IMG/VR virus record: IMGVR_UViG_3300036651_001908 | Coordinates: 1-64,000 of that record | Strand: one strand, 5' to 3' | DNA: 64,000 bases | DNA from: a virus | Shown here: in pieces, positions 61,936 to 64,000 of the stretch | Layout of the letters: each line of letters begins with the position of its first letter | How positions within the stretch are numbered: position 1 is the first letter of the stretch | Made by a program: the position numbers and the translations under genes | Notes under the pieces: generated by a model | Seen by the model: the letters and a program-made list of their open reading frames with translations, nothing else | Databases searched by the model: none | What the model was told of the DNA's origin: nothing

Positions 61936-64000
61936 GTGCCCGGAACCTTTGTCTCCTCTTCTAGCAACCACGTTGTTGGCGCATCTTCCCTGACCGGCAC
62001 CATCGTGGTGAACGCGCCAGCGAGTATCGCCTCCGGCAACCTTCTTGTCGCTGTTTTTACCAACTCCCACAACGGTGGCGTTCAGAGCGACTTGACTGCG
62101 CCCTCCGGGTGGACACGGGCCGATTCAGCGTTCTTCCGCAGCACGGTCGGTACCGGTTCGGTATTCTGGAAAGTCGCCTCTGGGGCCGAACCTTCGACTT
62201 ACACCTTCACGAGCACATACTCGTCTGCGGGCGGCCACTATTTGAACACTGCCATTCTCCAGTACGCAAGCATCGACCCCATCACTCCTGTGTCGGCCGC
62301 GCCCGTTTGGACGGCATACACCTCGGGTACGACTGCGCCTGCCGCCGCCAGCGTGACCCCTACGACCGCGAACGGCACCTCGATCGAGGCGTGGGCTGGC
62401 TTCAACGGGGGCTCGGTCACCACCTTCCCCTCAGGAGCCATTGGCCGCACCTCATATACCGACTCCTCGAACTACAGCCTCTATACCGCTGACGCCCCGC
62501 TGACCGCTGGGGCTGGGACGGCGACTGGATCGAAAACTCCGACCACCAGTTCGGATGACTGGATCAGCGTCCAGTTGGTGCTCAACCCCCGGACGACGGC
62601 AGCCTATTCAGCCAGCGCGGCGCTTTCAGGTTCTGGATCCCTTTCTGCATCTCTGCTCCCTGGCCTGGCCTCCTCTGCAACTCTCGCGGGCTCGGGCGGC
62701 CTGACCGCGGTCAACGTTCCCAACATCGTCTTTTCTGGCGGTATGGGGGGCGCTGGTGCGCTGACCGCGACCAACACCCCCTCGGTCATCACGACTGCTG
62801 CCCTCTCCGGAGCCGGTGCACTGACCGCTGCCAACCTGCCCTCTTTCCCCATCACCCCCCAGTTGGCCGGTGCAGGAGCACTGACCGCGACCAACACTCC
62901 CTCCTTCTCGATCACCCCGCAGTTGGCAGGTGCTGGGTCACTGAGCACCACCGTCCTGCCCAGCCTGATCCTCACTCCGCAGTTGTCCGGCGCGGGTGCA
63001 CTGAGTGCCACGAACACCCCTAGCCTGATTTTGGCGACGGCCCTGGCAGGGGCGGGGGTGCTGTCGGGCGCTGTCACCGCTCTATCGATCACCCTGGCCC
63101 AGTCGCTCACGGGAACCGGTGCCCTGACCGCGACCCTGAAGCCGATCGAGGTCACCACCGCTGCACTCTCCGGAGCAGGCTCTTTGACGGTGGCCCCGCT
63201 CGTCTTCGAAGCCACGACGGCTGCCCTCTCTGGAGCAGGTGCGCTGACGGCGACCAACCTGCCATCCTTCCCCATCACTCCCCAGTTGACCGGTGCGGGT
63301 TCCTTGACCTCGGTCGGTGGCCCGCTCTACACCGCTACGGCCACGCTCTCTGGCACTGGCTCGCTGACGGCCACCAACCTGCCCAGCCTGATCCTGGCCT
63401 CCAGCCTGACCGGCTCCGGCACGCTGTCCAGCACGGTCAAGCCGGGCCTGATTCTGGCGACCGCGCTCACTGGTGCCGGTGCTCTGACCGGAGCCGTCTC
63501 CGGTCTCTCGCTTATTTCTGCTTCTACCCTCACCGGCGCTGGCGCCCTCTCAGTGTCGGCTACACCTATCTTGGTGACCACAGCGGGGCTGTCCGGTGCA
63601 GGCACCCTGACCTACATCGGTGGCCCGCTCTACACCGCGACCGCATCCTTCTCGGGCACTGGCTCTCTGGCGGCTCCTGTGCTGCCTTCGCTGATTCTCG
63701 CTACAGCACTTACGGGCGCTGGCAGCCTCACGGTGGCACGGGTATCCGCCCTGGCCACAAACGCCGCCCTGGCTGGCGCGGGTGCCCTGTCTGGTGCCAT
63801 CACCGGTCTTACACTGGTCCTCTCACAGAGCCTGTTGGGGTCGGGAACGCTTTCGGCGGCCGTGTTGGCGAAGCCGATCCTCGCCATCGCGCTTTCGGGC
63901 TCCGGTTCGCTCACTGCCGCCAACCTGCCCAGCGTCAGCACGGCGGCTGCCCTGACAGGCTCCGGTGCCCTGACCTACATCGGTGGCCCGCTCTACACCG
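61936..64000 (+). CDS. Long S/T/G/A-rich virion fibre-like protein with 20-aa repeats (runs off the window)
   Basis: RBS AGGAGG and GTG start. Reads MPGTFVSS...APSGWT...; LxGxGxLTA repeats from about 62620. No stop seen, so it is absent from the ORF track. Confidence 0.85.
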   Translation, partial: MPGTFVSSSSNHVVGASSLTGTIVVNAPASIASGNLLVAVFTNSHNGGVQSDLTAPSGWTRADSAFFRSTVGTGSVFWKVASGAEPSTYTFTSTYSSAGGHYLNTAILQYASIDPITPVSAAPVWTAYTSGTTAPAAASVTPTTANGTSIEAWAGFNGGSVTTFPSGAIGRTSYTDSSNYSLYTADAPLTAGAGTATGSKTPTTSSDDWISVQLVLNPRTTAAYSASAALSGSGSLSASLLPGLASSATLAGSGGLTAVNVPNIVFSGGMGGAGALTATNTPSVITTAALSGAGALTAANLPSFPITPQLAGAGALTATNTPSFSITPQLAGAGSLSTTVLPSLILTPQLSGAGALSATNTPSLILATALAGAGVLSGAVTALSITLAQSLTGTGALTATLKPIEVTTAALSGAGSLTVAPLVFEATTAALSGAGALTATNLPSFPITPQLTGAGSLTSVGGPLYTATATLSGTGSLTATNLPSLILASSLTGSGTLSSTVKPGLILATALTGAGALTGAVSGLSLISASTLTGAGALSVSATPILVTTAGLSGAGTLTYIGGPLYTATASFSGTGSLAAPVLPSLILATALTGAGSLTVARVSALATNAALAGAGALSGAITGLTLVLSQSLLGSGTLSAAVLAKPILAIALSGSGSLTAANLPSVSTAAALTGSGALTYIGGPLYT

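Noticed and set aside
1-64000. Visibly frequent CTAG
   Set aside because: It looks common for an actinobacterial sequence but may only approach random expectation, or result from avoiding CTCGAG. It cannot be supported without counts.

Overview
The window is a 64-kb segment of a large, GC-rich tailed actinobacteriophage. WhiB, leaderless starts and the endolysin type point to an actinobacterial host, possibly Microbacteriaceae (inference). No integrase, CRISPR array or host housekeeping genes were seen. Layout: (1) about 0.9-9.3 kb is an array of about 17 near-identical expression modules (hairpin, -35, 17 bp, TACCAT-type -10, YGCAGT, then AT[C/G]), each driving one or a few small unrelated ORFs, almost all leftward; (2) 9.4-33.5 kb holds small hypothetical genes plus RHH regulators, an HD hydrolase, 3 tRNAs (one with an 8-nt anticodon loop), 2 glycosyltransferases, and ParB-like, SbcD, HicA-like, DnaN, Cas4/RecB-like, WhiB, P22 gp17-like, papain-like protease, VWA, half-SbcC and DnaX genes; (3) 33.6-64 kb is the virion module: terminase, portal, MuF-like protein, a Cys-free 3361-aa multidomain protein (GNAT-like, kinase-like and possibly ART-like domains), GH25 endolysin, protease/scaffold, decoration protein, major capsid protein and tail-associated proteins. 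Best leads: the cassette array with polarised repeat drift and a leadered/leaderless switch; the giant putative ejected effector; a non-SigA CCGATAGT promoter motif before late genes; a structured RNA in front of the capsid gene; and apparent AGCT avoidance paired with tRNA-Leu(CAA). All family assignments come from motif recognition by eye, not database searches.
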